From the human T2T-CHM13v2.0 reference genome, Homo sapiens, in assembly GCF_009914755.1 (NCBI RefSeq), contig NC_060948.1: a stretch of DNA of 64,000 bases, one strand, 5' to 3'. How positions within the stretch are numbered: position 1 is the first letter of the stretch; each line of letters opens with the position of its first letter. Shown piece after piece: positions 1 through 13,600 of the stretch. The position numbers and the translations under genes are program-made. The notes under the pieces are model-generated. The model did not search any database, had not been told where the DNA came from, and worked only from the letters and a program-made list of their open reading frames with translations.

Positions 1-407
1 TTGGAATGGAAGGGAATGTAGTGTAATGGACAGGTCTGGAATAAAGTGGAATGCTACGGTCTCAATGGAATAAAAATGTATGGAATGGAATGCAATGAAA
101 CGGAATCGAATGTCATAGAATGTAATGGAATGCAAAAAAAATGGAATCCAAAATCATTGACTGGAAAGGCTGGGTGTCGAAAGGAATTGACTCCAATGGA
201 ATGGAATCGAATGGAATGGAAGTGAATAGAATCGAACTAAATCGAATGGAATGGAATTGATAGGAACGGAATGGAAAGGAATGCAATGATTTGGCATGGA
301 ATGGAATCGAATGGCATCGAATGGAATGGAATGGAATGCAATGGAATGGAATGTATTAGAATGTAATGAACTTTAATGGAATGTACTCGAATGGATTCGA
401 CTGGAAT

Positions 408-422
408 GGAATGTTCTGGAAG
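408..422. promoter_or_regulatory. Consensus heat-shock element motif 1 (gGAAtgTTCtgGAAg); recurs at ~+375 of each unit
   Basis: Exact match to nGAAnnTTCnnGAAn; motif only, binding not shown. Confidence 0.5.
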
Positions 423-687
423 TGAATGGACTCCAATGGAATGGATTCAAAAGGAAAGGAATCGTACGGAATGGAATCTAATGGAATGGAATTAAATGGA
501 AATGAATCAAATTGAATAGCACGGATTTGAATTGAATGGAATGGAATGCAATGGAATCTAATGAAACGGAAAGGAAAGGAATGGAATGGAATGGAATGGA
601 CTGGAATGGAAAGGAATCAAAACGAATTGAATGGAATCGAACTGAAGAGACTGGAATGGAATGCACTGGAATGGAAGGGAGTGTAAT

Positions 688-702
688 GGAAGGTTCTCGA
701 AA
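688..702. promoter_or_regulatory. Consensus heat-shock element motif 2 (gGAAggTTCtcGAAa); recurs at ~+655 of each unit
   Basis: Exact match to nGAAnnTTCnnGAAn; broken only in unit 18 (third GAA to GAC, ~61156). Confidence 0.5.
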
Positions 703-1713
703 AAAATGGAATCGAATGGAATGGAATTGAATGGAACGGAATAGAGTCGAATGGAATTGAATGGAATGGAATGGACTAGAGTGAAATGGAATCGAACCAC
801 AAGGAATGGACATGAATAGAATGGTCTCGAATTGAATGGAATCGTATTGAATGGCATCAAACGGAATGGAATGGACAGCCACGGAATGGAATGCACTCGA
901 ATGCAATGGAGTCGAAACTAATGGACTGGAATAGAATGGACTCGACTGGTACGGACTCCAATGGAATGGAATCGAATGGAAGGGAATCGAACGGAATGGA
1001 CTCGAAGGGAAAAGACTGCAATGGAAAGGTCTCGAATGGAATGGAAATTAATGGAATGGAATGGAATCGAATGAAATGGAGTCAAAAGGAATGGAATCGA
1101 ATGGCAAGAAATCGAATGTAATGGAATCACAAGGAATTGATGTGAACGGAACGGAATGGAATGGAATCCAAAGGAATGGAATAGAATGGAATGGAATCGA
1201 ATGGAAAGGACTCGAATGGAAATCACTCGAATAGAATGCAATTTAATAAAATAGGATCAAATGTAATGGAATGGAATGGAAGGGAATCGAAACGAAAGGA
1301 ATGGAGACAGATGGAATGGAATGGAAGAGAGAGCAATGGTATAGAATGGAATGGAATCATCTGGAATGGAATTGAATGGAATGGAATAATATGAAATGGA
1401 ATGGAATGGAATGGAATGGAATGCCCTTGAATTAAATGGACTGGAATGGAATGGACTCGAACAGAGTGGAATGGAAAGTGTTGAGATAGAATGGAATGGA
1501 CTCCTTTGGAATGGTGTAGTATGCAATGCAATCGACTGGCAGGGAATCAAAAGGAATGTAATCGAATGGATTGGACTGGAATGCAATGGACTCGAATAGA
1601 TTGGAAACGGAATGCAAAGGAATGGAATGGAATAGTATGGAATGGAATGGAAAGGAATGGAGTGGAATAGACTAGAGTGGAATGGAATGGACTGGAAAGC
1701 AATGGACTGGAAT

Positions 1714-1728
1714 GGAACTTTCTTGAAT
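1714..1728. promoter_or_regulatory. Consensus heat-shock element motif 3 (gGAActTTCttGAAt); recurs at ~+1681 of each unit
   Basis: Exact match to nGAAnnTTCnnGAAn; broken in units 3, 4, 6, 16 and 17. Confidence 0.45.
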
Positions 1729-3586
1729 GGACTGGAATCAAACGGAATGGAATGCAATGCAATCAAATGGCATGGAATAAAATAGAATGAAAGAGAATCA
1801 AATGGAATTGAATCGAATGGAATCGAATGGATTGGAAAGGAATAGAATGGAATGGAATGGAATTGACTCAAATGGAATGGACTAGAATGGAATGGATTCG
1901 AATGGAAGGCAAAGGAATGGAATCTATTGGAATGGACTGTAATGGAATGGAACGGAAGGGATTGGAATGGACTCGAATGGAATGGACTGCAATAGAAAGG
2001 ATTCGAATGGAATGAAAAAGAATTGAATGGAATAGAACAGAATGGAATCAAATCGAATGAAATGGAATGGAATAGAAAGGAATGGAATGAAATGGAATGG
2101 AAAGGATTCGAATGGAATGCAATCGAATGGAATGGAATCGAACGGAATGGAATAAAATGGAAGAAAACTGGCAAGAAATGGAATCGAAATGAATGGAGTG
2201 TTATGGAACGGACTCAAAAGGAATTGAATGTAATAGAATGGAGTGGAGTGGACTCGAATATAATGGACTGGAATGGAATGAAATCACATGGAATGGGAAC
2301 GAATGGAATGGAATGGAAAGGAATGGAATCGAATGGAAAGGAATCGAATGGAAGGGAATGAAATTGAATCAACAGGAATGGAAGGGAATAGAATAGACGG
2401 TAATGGAATGGACTCGAATAGAATGGACACGAATGCTCAAATTGAATGGACTCGAATGGAATGGAAACGAAAGGAATGTCATCGAATGGAATTGAATCGA
2501 TTGGAATGAAATCGTGTAGAATGGAGTGGAATGAAATGGAATTGAATCGAAAGGAAAGGAAGCAAATGGACTGAAATGAAATGGAATGGAATTGAATAGA
2601 AAGTTATGTAATGGAATAGAATGGAACGAAATTTCACGGAATGGAATCAAACTGAATGGAATCAAATCAATGGAATCAAATCAAATGGAATGGATAGGAA
2701 TTGAATGGAGTAGATTGGATTGGATGGGATTGGAATGAAATGTACTGGAAAGGACTCGAATTTCATGAAACGGAATGGAATGAATTGGAACGGAACGGAC
2801 TCGAATGGAATGGAATGTCATGGAATGGCATCAAATGGAATGGCATCAAATGGAATGGAATCGAATGCAATGGAATGCTATGGAATGGAATGGAATGCAT
2901 TGGAATGGAATGTCCTCTAATGGAATGGATTCGAGTGGAATGGAATCGAATATAATGGAGTCGAATGAAATGGAATTGAAAGGAATGGGATCGAATACAA
3001 TGGAATATACTGGAATGTAATGTAATGAACTCGAATGTAATTGACTGGAATGGAATGTACATGAATGGAATGTAATCGAATGGAAAGTAATCCAATGGAA
3101 TAGAATCTAATGCAATAAAATCGACTCAGATAGAGTAGAATGTAATGGAATGGAGTGCAGTGCAATGGAATGGAAAGGAATGGAATGCAATGGAATGGAA
3201 TGGAATGGAATGGAATGGAACGGAATGGAATGGTGTGGAATGGATAGTAATGGACTGGAGTGAAATGGACTGGAAAGGAATGGACTCAAATTGAAAGGGC
3301 TCGAAAGGAATGGAGTCAAATGGAATGGTCTGGAATGGAATGAACACGAAGGTAATGCAATCCAATAGAATGGAATCGAATGGCATGGAATATAAAGAAA
3401 TGGAATCGAAGAGAATGGAAACAAATGGAATGGAATTGAGTGGAATGGAATTGAATGGAATGGGAACGAATGGAGTGAAATTGTATGCAGTAGAAGAGAA
3501 TAGAATGGAATGCAAGCGAAAGGAAAGGAATGGATTGGAATGGAATGGAATTCATTGGAATGGAAGGGAATGTAGTGTAATGGACA

Positions 3587-6500
3587 GGCCTGGAATAAAG
3601 TGGAATGCTACGGTCTCGAATGGAATAAAAATGTATGGAATGGAATGCAATGAAACGGAATCGAATGTCATAGAATGTAATGGAATGCAAAAAAATGGAA
3701 TCCAAAATCATTGACTGGAAAGGCTGGGTGTCGAAAGGAATTGACTCCAATGGAATGGAATCGAATGGAATGGAAGTGAATAGAATCGAACTAAATCGAA
3801 TGGAATGGAATTGATAGGAACGGAATGGAAAGGAATGCAATGATTTGGCATGGAATGGAATCGAATGGCATCGAATGGAATGGAATGGAATGCAATGGAA
3901 TGGAATGTATTAGAATGTAATGAACTTTAATGGAATGTACTCGAATGGATTCGACTGGAATGGAATGTTCTGGAAGTGAATGGACTCCAATGGAATGGAT
4001 TCAAAAGGAATGGAATCTAATGGAATGGAATTAAATGGAAATGAATCAAATTGAATAGCACGGAATTGAATTGAATGAAATGGAATGCAATGGAATCTAA
4101 TGAAACGGAAAGGAAAGGAATGGAATGGAATGGAATGGGCTGGAATGGAAAGGAATCGAAACGAATGGAATGGAATCGAACTGAAGAGACTGGAATGGAA
4201 TGCACTGGAATGGAAGGGAGTGTAATGGAAGGTTCTCGAAAAAAATGGAATCGAATGGAATGGAATTGAATGGAACGGAATAGAGTCGAATGGAATTGAA
4301 TGGAATGGAATGGACTAGAGTGAAATGGAATCGAACCACAAGGAATGGACAGGAATAGAATGGTCTCGAATTGAATGGAATCGTATGGAATGGCATCAAA
4401 CGGAATGGAATGGACAGCCACGGAATGGAATGCACTCGAATGCAATGGAGTCGAAACTTATGGACTGGAATAGAATGGACTCGACTGGTACGGACTCCAA
4501 TGGAATGGAATCGAATGGAAGGGAATCGAACGGAATGGACTCGAAGGGAAAAGACTGCAATGGAAAGGTCTCGAATGGAATGGAAATTAATGGAATGGAA
4601 TGGAATCGAATGAAATGGAGTCAAAAGGAATGGAATCGAATGGCAAGAAATCGAATGTAATGGAATCGCAAGGAATTGATGTGAACGGAACGGAATGGAA
4701 TGGAATCCAAAGGAATGGAATAGAATGGAATGGAATCGAATGGAAAGGACTCGAATGGAAATCACTCGAATAGAATGCAATTTAATAAAATAGGATCAAA
4801 TGTAATGGAATGGAATGGAAAGGAATCGAAACGAAAGGAATGGAGACAGATGGAATGGAATGGAACAGAGAGCAATGGTATAGAATGGAATGGAATCATC
4901 TGGAATGGAATTGAATGGAATGGAATAATATGAAATGGAATGGAATGGAATGGAATGGAATGCCCTTGAATTAAATGGACTGGAATGGAATGGACTCGAA
5001 CAGAGTGGAATGGAAAGTGTTGAGATAGAATGGAATGGACTCCTTTGGAATGGTGTAGTATGCAATGCAATCGACTGGCAGGGAATCAAAAGGAATGTAA
5101 TCGAATGTATTGGACTGGAATGCAATGGACTCGAATAGATTGGAAACGGAATGCAAAGGAATGGAATGGAATAGTATGGAATGGAATGGAAAGGAATGGA
5201 GTGGAATAGACTAGAGTGGAATGGAATGGACTGGAAAGCAATGGACTGGAATGGAACTTTCTTGAATGGACTGGAACCAAACGGAATGGAATGCAATGCA
5301 ATCAAATGGCATGGAATAAAATAGAATGAAAGAGAATCAAATGGAATTGAATCGAATGGAATCGAATGGATTGGAAAGGAATAGAATGGAATGGAATGGA
5401 ATTGACTCAAATGGAATGGACTAGAATGGAATGGATTCGAATGGAAGGCAAAGGAATGGAATCTATTGGAATGGACTGTAATGGAATGGAATGGAAGGGA
5501 TTGGAATGGACTCGAATGGAATGGACTGCAATAGAAAGGATTCGAATGGAATGAAAAAGAATTGAATGGAATAGAACAGAATGGAATCAAATCGAATGAA
5601 ATGGAATGGAATAGAAAGGAATGGAATGAAATGGAATGGAAAGGATTCGAATGGAATGCAATCGAATGGAATGGAATCGAACGGAATGGAATAAAATGGA
5701 AGAAAACTGGCAAGAAATGGAATCGAAATGAATGGAGTGTTATGGAACGGACTCAAAAGGAATTGAATGTAATAGAATGGAGTGGAGTGGACTCGAATAT
5801 AATGGACTGGAATGGAATGAAATCACATGGAATGGGAACGAATGGAATGGAATGGAAAGGAATGGAATCGAATGGAAAGGAATCGAATGGAAGGGAATGA
5901 AATTGAATCAACAGGAATGGAAGGGAATAGAATAGACGGTAATGGAATGGACTCGAATAGAATGGACACGAATGCTCAAATTGAATGGACTCGAATGGAA
6001 TGGAAACGAAAGGAATGTCATCGAATGGAATTGAATCGATTGGAATGAAATCGCATAGAATGGAGTGGAATCAAATGGAATTGAATCGAAAGGAAAGGAA
6101 GCGAATGGACTGAAATGAAATGGAATGGAATTGAATGGAAAGTAATGCAATGGAATAGAATGGAACGAAATTTCACGGAATGGAATCAAACTGAATGGAA
6201 TCAAATCAATGGAATCTAATCAAATGGAATGGAAAGGAATTGAATGGAGTAGATTGGATTGGATGGGATTAGAATGAAATGTACTGGAAAGGACTCGAAT
6301 TTCATGAAACGGAATGGAATGAATTGGAACGGAATGGACTCGAATGGAATGGAATGTCATGGAATGGCATCAAATGGAATGGCATCAAATGGAATGGAAT
6401 CGAATGCAATGGAATGTTATGGAATGGAATGGAATGCATTGGAATGGAATGTCCTCTAATGGAATGGATTCGAGTGGAATGGAATCGAATATAATGGAGT

Positions 6501-7140
6501 CGAATGAAATGGAATTGAAAGGAATGGGATCGAATAGAATGGAATATACTGGAATGTAATGTAATGAACTCGAATGTAATTGACTGGAATGGAATGTACA
6601 TGAATGGAAGGTAATCGAATGGAAAGTAATCCAATGGAATAGAATCTAATGCAATAAAACCGAATCAGATAGAGTAGAATGTAATGGAATGGAGTGCAGT
6701 GCAATGGAATGGAATGGAATTGAATGCAATGGAATGGAATGGAATGGAATGGAATGGAATGGAATGGAATGGAATGGGATGGAATGGTATGGAATGGATA
6801 GTAATGGACTGGAGTGAAATGGACTGGAAAGGAATGGACTCAAATTGAAAGGGCTCGAAAGGAATGGTGTCAAATGGAATGGTCTGGAATGGAATGAACA
6901 CGAATGTAATGCAGTCCAATAGAATGGAATCGAATGGCATGGAATATAAAGAAATGGATTCGAAGAGAATGGAAACAAATGGAATGGAATTGAATGGAAT
7001 GGAATTGAATGGAATGGGAACGAATGGAGTGAAATTGTATGCAGTAGAAGGGAATAGAATGGAATGCAAGCGAAAGGAAAGGAATGGATTGGAATGGAAT
7101 GGAATTCATTGGAATGGAAGGGAATGTAGTGTAATGGACA
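3587..7140 (+). repeat. DYZ1 unit 2 (3554 bp), intermediate type
   Basis: GGCC at 3587 and 7141; 15-bp deletion at ~4016 offset by 3 extra pentamers in tract B. Confidence 0.9.
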
Positions 7141-10100
7141 GGCCTGGAATAAAGTGGAATGCTACGGTCTCGAATGGAATAAAAATGTATGGAATGGAAT
7201 GCAATGAAACGGAATCGAATGTCATAGAATGTAATGGAATGCAACAAAATGGAATCCAAAATCATTGACTGGAAAGGCTGGGTGTCGAAAGGAATTGACT
7301 CCAATGGAATGGAATCGAATGGAATGGAAGTGAATAGAATCGAACTAAATCGAATGGAATGGAATTGATAGGAACGGAATGGAAAGGAATGCAATGATTT
7401 GGCATGGAATGGAATCGAATGGCATCGAATGGAATGGAATGGAATGCAATGGAATGGAATGTATTAGAATGTAATGAACTTTAATGGAATGTACTCGAAT
7501 GGATTCGACTGGAATGGAATGTTCTGGAAGTGAATGGACTCCAATGGAATGGATTCAAAAGGAATGGAATCGTACGGAATGGAATCTAATGGAATGGAAT
7601 TAAATGGAAATGAATCAAATTGAATAGCACGGAATTGAATTGAATGGAATGGAATGCAATGGAATCTAATGAAACGGAAAGGAAAGGAATGGAATGGAAT
7701 GGAATGGGCTGGAATGGAAAGGAATCGAAACGAATGGAATGGAATCGAACTGAAGAGACTGGAATGGAATGCACTGGAATGGAAGGGAGTGTAATGGAAG
7801 GTTCTCGAAAATAATGGAATCGAATGGAATGGAATTGAATGGAACGGAATAGAGTCGAATGGAATTGAATGGAATGGAATGGACTAGAGTGAAATGGAAT
7901 CGAACCACAAGGAATGGACAGGAATAGAATGGTCTCGAATTGAATGGAATCGTATGGAATGGCATCAAACGGAATGGAATGGACAGCCACGGAATGGAAT
8001 GCACTCGAATGCAATGGAGTCGAAACTAATGGACTGGAATAGAATGGACTCGACTGGTACGGACTCCAATGGAATGGAATCGAATGGAAGGGAATCGAAC
8101 GGAATGGACTCGAAGGGAAAAGACTGCAATGGAAAGGTCTCGAATGGAATGGAAATTAATGGAATGGAATGGAATCGAATGAAATGGAGTCAAAAGGAAT
8201 GGAATCGAATGGCAAGAAATCGAATGTAATGGAATCGCAAGGAATTGATGTGAACGGAACGGAATGGAATGGAATCCAAAGGAATGGAATAGAATGGAAT
8301 GGAATCGAATGGAAAGGACTCGAATGGAAATCACTCGAATAGAATGCAATTTAATAAAATAGGATCAAATGTAATGGAATGGAATGGAAAGGAATCGAAA
8401 CGAAAGGAATGGAGACAGATGGAATGGAATGGAACAGAGAGCAATGGTATAGAATGGAATGGAATCATCTGGAATGGAATTGAATGGAATGGAATAATAT
8501 GAAATGGAATGGAATGGAATGGAATGGAATGCCCTTGAATTAAATGGACTGGAATGGAATGGACTCGAACAGAGTGGAATGGAAAGTGTTGAGATAGAAT
8601 GGAATGGACTCCTTTGGAATGGTCTAGTATGCAATGCAATCGACTGTCAGGGAATCAAAAGGAATGTAATCGAATGGATTGGACTGGAATGCAATGGACT
8701 CGAATAGATTGGAAACGGAATGCAAAGGAATGGAATGGAATAGTATGGAATGGAATGGAAAGGAATGGAGTGGAATAGACTAGAGTGGAATGGAATGGAC
8801 TGGAAAGCAATGGACTGGAATGGAACTTTCTTGGATGGACTGGAATCAAACGGAATGGAATGCAATGTAATCAAATGGCATGGAATAAAATAGAATGAAA
8901 GAGAATCAAATGGAATTGAATCGAATGGAATCGAATGGATTGTAAAGGAATAGAATGGAATGGAATGGAATTGACTCAAATGGAATGGACTAGAATGGAA
9001 TGGATTCGAATGGAAGGCAAAGGAATGGAATCTATTGGAATGGACTGTAATGGAATGGAATGGAAGGGATTGGAATGGACTCGAATGGAATGGACTGCAA
9101 TAGAAAGGATTCGAATGGAATGAAAAAGAATTGAATGGAATAGAACAGAATGGAATCAAATCGAATGAAATGGAATGGAATAGAAAGGAATGGAATGAAA
9201 TGGAATGGAAAGGATTCGAATGGAATGCAATCGAATGGAATGGAATCGAACGGAATGGAATAAAATGGAAGAAAACTGGCAAGAAATGGAATCGAAATGA
9301 ATGGAGTGTTATGGAACGGACTCAAAAGGAATTGAATGTAATAGAATGGAGTGGAGTGGACTCGAATATAATGGACTGGAATGGAATGAAATCACATGGA
9401 ATGGGAACGAATGGAATGGAATGGAAAGGAATGGAATCGAATGGAAAGGAATCGAATGGAAGGGAATGAAATTGAATCAACAGGAATGGAAGGGAATAGA
9501 ATAGACGGTAATGGAATGGACTCGAATAGAATGGACACGAATGCTCAAATTGAATGGATTCGAATGGAATGGAAACGAAAGGAATGTCATCGAATGGAAT
9601 TGAATCGATTGGAATGAAATCGCATAGAATGGAGTGGAATCAAATGGAATTGAATCGAAAGGAAAGGAAGCGAATGGACTGAAATGAAATGGAATGGAAT
9701 TGAATGGAAAGTAATGCAATGGAATAGAATGGAACGAAATTTCACGGAATGGAATCAAACTGAATGGAATCAAATCAATGGAATCTAATCAAATGGAATG
9801 GAAAGGAATTGAATGGAGTAGATTGGATTGGATGGGATTGGAATGAAATGTACTGGAAAGGACTCGAATTTCATGAAACGGAATGGAATGAATTGGAACG
9901 GAATGGACTCGAATGGAATGGAATGTCATGGAATGGCATCGAATGGAATGGCATCAAATGGAATGGAATCGAATGCAATGGAATGTTATGGAATGGAATG
10001 GAATGCATTGGAATGGAATGTCCTCTAATGGAATGGATTCGAGTGGAATGGAATCGAATATAATGGAGTCGAATGAAATGGAATTGAAAGGAATGGGATC

Positions 10101-10694
10101 GAATAGAATGGAATATACTGGAATGTAATGTAATGAACACGAATGTAATTGACTGGAATGGAATGTACATGAATGGAAGGTAATCGAATGGAAAGTAATC
10201 CAATGGAATAGAATCTAATGCAATAAAACCGAATCAGATAGAGTAGAATGTAATGGAATGGAGTGCAGTGCAATGGAATGGAATGGAATTGAATGCAATG
10301 GAATGGAATGGAATGGAATGGAATGGAATGGAATGGAATGGTATGGAATGGATAGTAATGGACTGGAGTGAAATGGACTGGAAAGGAATGGACTCAAATT
10401 GAAAGGGCTCGAAAGGAATGGAGTCAAATGGAATGGTCTGGAATGGAATGAACACGAATGTAATGCAATCCAATAGAATGGAATCGAATGGCATGGAATA
10501 TAAAGAAATGGAATCGAAGAGAATGGAAACAAATGGAATGGAATTGAATGGAATGGAATTGAATGGAATGGGAACGAATGGAGTGAAATTGTATGCAGTA
10601 GAAGGGAATAGAATGGAATGCAAGCGAAAGGAAAGGAATGGATTGGAATGGAATGGAATTCATTGGAATGGAAGGGAATGTAGTGTAATGGACA
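7141..10694 (+). repeat. DYZ1 unit 3 (3554 bp), central type
   Basis: GGCC at 7141 and 10695. Confidence 0.9.
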
Positions 10695-13600
10695 GGCCTG
10701 GAATAAAGTGGAATGCTACGGTCTCGAATGGAATAAAAATGTATGGAATGGAATGCAATGAAACGGAATCGAATGTCATAGAATGTAATGGAATGCAACA
10801 AAATGGAATCCAAAATCATTGACTGGAAAGGCTGGGTGTCGAAAGGAATTGACTCCAATGGAATGGAATCGAATGGAATGGAAGTGAATAGAATCGAACT
10901 AAATCGAATGGAATGGAATTGATAGGAACGGAATGGAAAGGAATGCAATGATTTGGCATGGAATGGAATCGAATGGCATCGAATGGAATGGAATGGAATG
11001 CAATGGAATGGAATGTATTAGAATGTAATGAACTTTAATGGAATGTACTCGAATGGATTCGACTGGAATGGAATGTTCTGGAAGTGAATGGACTCCAATG
11101 GAATGGATTCAAAAGGAATGGAATCGTACGGAATGGAATCTAATGGAATGGAATTAAATGGAAATGAATCAAATTGAATAGCACGGAATTGAATTGAATG
11201 GAATGGAATGCAATGGAATCTAATGAAACGGAAAGGAAAGGAATGGAATGGAATGGAATGGGCTGGAATGGAAAGGAATCGAAACGAATGGAATGGAATC
11301 GAACTGAAGAGACTGGAATGGAATGCACTGGAATGGAAGGGAGTGTAATGGAAGGTTCTCGAAAATAATGGAATCGAATGGAATGGAATTGAATGGAACG
11401 GAATAGAGTCGAATGGAATTGAATGGAATGGAATGGACTAGAGTGAAATGGAATCGAACCACAAGGAATGGACAGGAATAGAATGGTCTCGAATTGAATG
11501 GAATCGTATGGAATGGCATCAAACGGAATGGAATGGACAGCCACGGAATGGAATGCACTCGAATGCAATGGAGTCGAAACTAATGGACTGGAATAGAATG
11601 GACTCGACTGGTACGGACTCCAATGGAATGGAATCGAATGGAAGGGAATCGAACGGAATGGACTCGAAGGGAAAAGACTGCAATGGAAAGGTCTCGAATG
11701 GAATGGAAATTAATGGAATGGAATGGAATCGAATGAAATGGAGTCAAAAGGAATGGAATCGAATGGCAAGAAATCGAATGTAATGGAATCGCAAGGAATT
11801 GATGTGAACGGAACGGAATGGAATGGAATCCAAAGGAATGGAATAGAATGGAATGGAATCGAATGGAAAGGACTCGAATGGAAATCACTCGAATAGAATG
11901 CAATTTAATAAAATAGGATCAAATGTAATGGAATGGAATGGAAAGGAATCGAAACGAAAGGAATGGAGACAGATGGAATGGAATGGAACAGAGAGCAATG
12001 GTATAGAATGGAATGGAATCATCTGGAATGGAATTGAATGGAATGGAATAATATGAAATGGAATGGAATGGAATGGAATGGAATGCCCTTGAATTAAATG
12101 GACTGGAATGGAATGGACTCGAACAGAGTGGAATGGAAAGTGTTGAGATAGAATGGAATGGACTCCTTTGGAATGGTCTAGTATGCAATGCAATCGACTG
12201 TCAGGGAATCAAAAGGAATGTAATCGAATGGATTGGACTGGAATGCAATGGACTCGAATAGATTGGAAACGGAATGCAAAGGAATGGAATGGAATAGTAT
12301 GGAATGGAATGGAAAGGAATGGAGTGGAATAGACTAGAGTGGAATGGAATGGACTGGAAAGCAATGGACTGGAATGGAACTTTCTTGGATGGACTGGAAT
12401 CAAACGGAATGGAATGCAATGTAATCAAATGGCATGGAATAAAATAGAATGAAAGAGAATCAAATGGAATTGAATCGAATGGAATCGAATGGATTGTAAA
12501 GGAATAGAATGGAATGGAATGGAATTGACTCAAATGGAATGGACTAGAATGGAATGGATTCGAATGGAAGGCAAAGGAATGGAATCTATTGGAATGGACT
12601 GTAATGGAATGGAATGGAAGGGATTGGAATGGACTCGAATGGAATGGACTGCAATAGAAAGGATTCGAATGGAATGAAAAAGAATTGAATGGAATAGAAC
12701 AGAATGGAATCAAATCGAATGAAATGGAATGGAATAGAAAGGAATGGAATGAAATGGAATGGAAAGGATTCGAATGGAATGCAATCGAATGGAATGGAAT
12801 CGAACGGAATGGAATAAAATGGAAGAAAACTGGCAAGAAATGGAATCGAAATGAATGGAGTGTTATGGAACGGACTCAAAAGGAATTGAATGTAATAGAA
12901 TGGAGTGGAGTGGACTCGAATATAATGGACTGGAATGGAATGAAATCACATGGAATGGGAACGAATGGAATGGAATGGAAAGGAATGGAATCGAATGGAA
13001 AGGAATCGAATGGAAGGGAATGAAATTGAATCAACAGGAATGGAAGGGAATAGAATAGACGGTAATGGAATGGACTCGAATAGAATGGACACGAATGCTC
13101 AAATTGAATGGATTCGAATGGAATGGAAACGAAAGGAATGTCATCGAATGGAATTGAATCGATTGGAATGAAATCGCATAGAATGGAGTGGAATCAAATG
13201 GAATTGAATCGAAAGGAAAGGAAGCGAATGGACTGAAATGAAATGGAATGGAATTGAATGGAAAGTAATGCAATGGAATAGAATGGAACGAAATTTCACG
13301 GAATGGAATCAAACTGAATGGAATCAAATCAATGGAATCTAATCAAATGGAATGGAAAGGAATTGAATGGAGTAGATTGGATTGGATGGGATTGGAATGA
13401 AATGTACTGGAAAGGACTCGAATTTCATGAAACGGAATGGAATGAATTGGAACGGAATGGACTCGAATGGAATGGAATGTCATGGAATGGCATCGAATGG
13501 AATGGCATCAAATGGAATGGAATCGAATGCAATGGAATGTTATGGAATGGAATGGAATGCATTGGAATGGAATGTCCTCTAATGGAATGGATTCGAGTGG

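Larger units (their letters stand above)
33..3586 (+). repeat. DYZ1 unit 1 (3554 bp), diverged flank type; starting HaeIII site mutated to GGTC
   Basis: Landmark-to-landmark distance; many private substitutions; compensating -1 (~64) and +1 (A run 134-141) indels. Confidence 0.9.

Noticed and set aside
40-3120. About six AATAAA hexamers per unit (e.g. 40, 69, ~1245, ~1777, ~2151, ~3114) as poly(A) signals
   Set aside because: They arise easily from GAATGGAA by G-to-A changes, and there are no clear downstream GU/U-rich elements. 3'-end sequencing would be needed.
9781-9791. GAATCTAATCA in central-type units resembles the DUX4 site TAATCTAATCA
   Set aside because: It mismatches at the first T of the TAAT half-site, and chance similarity is likely in this composition.
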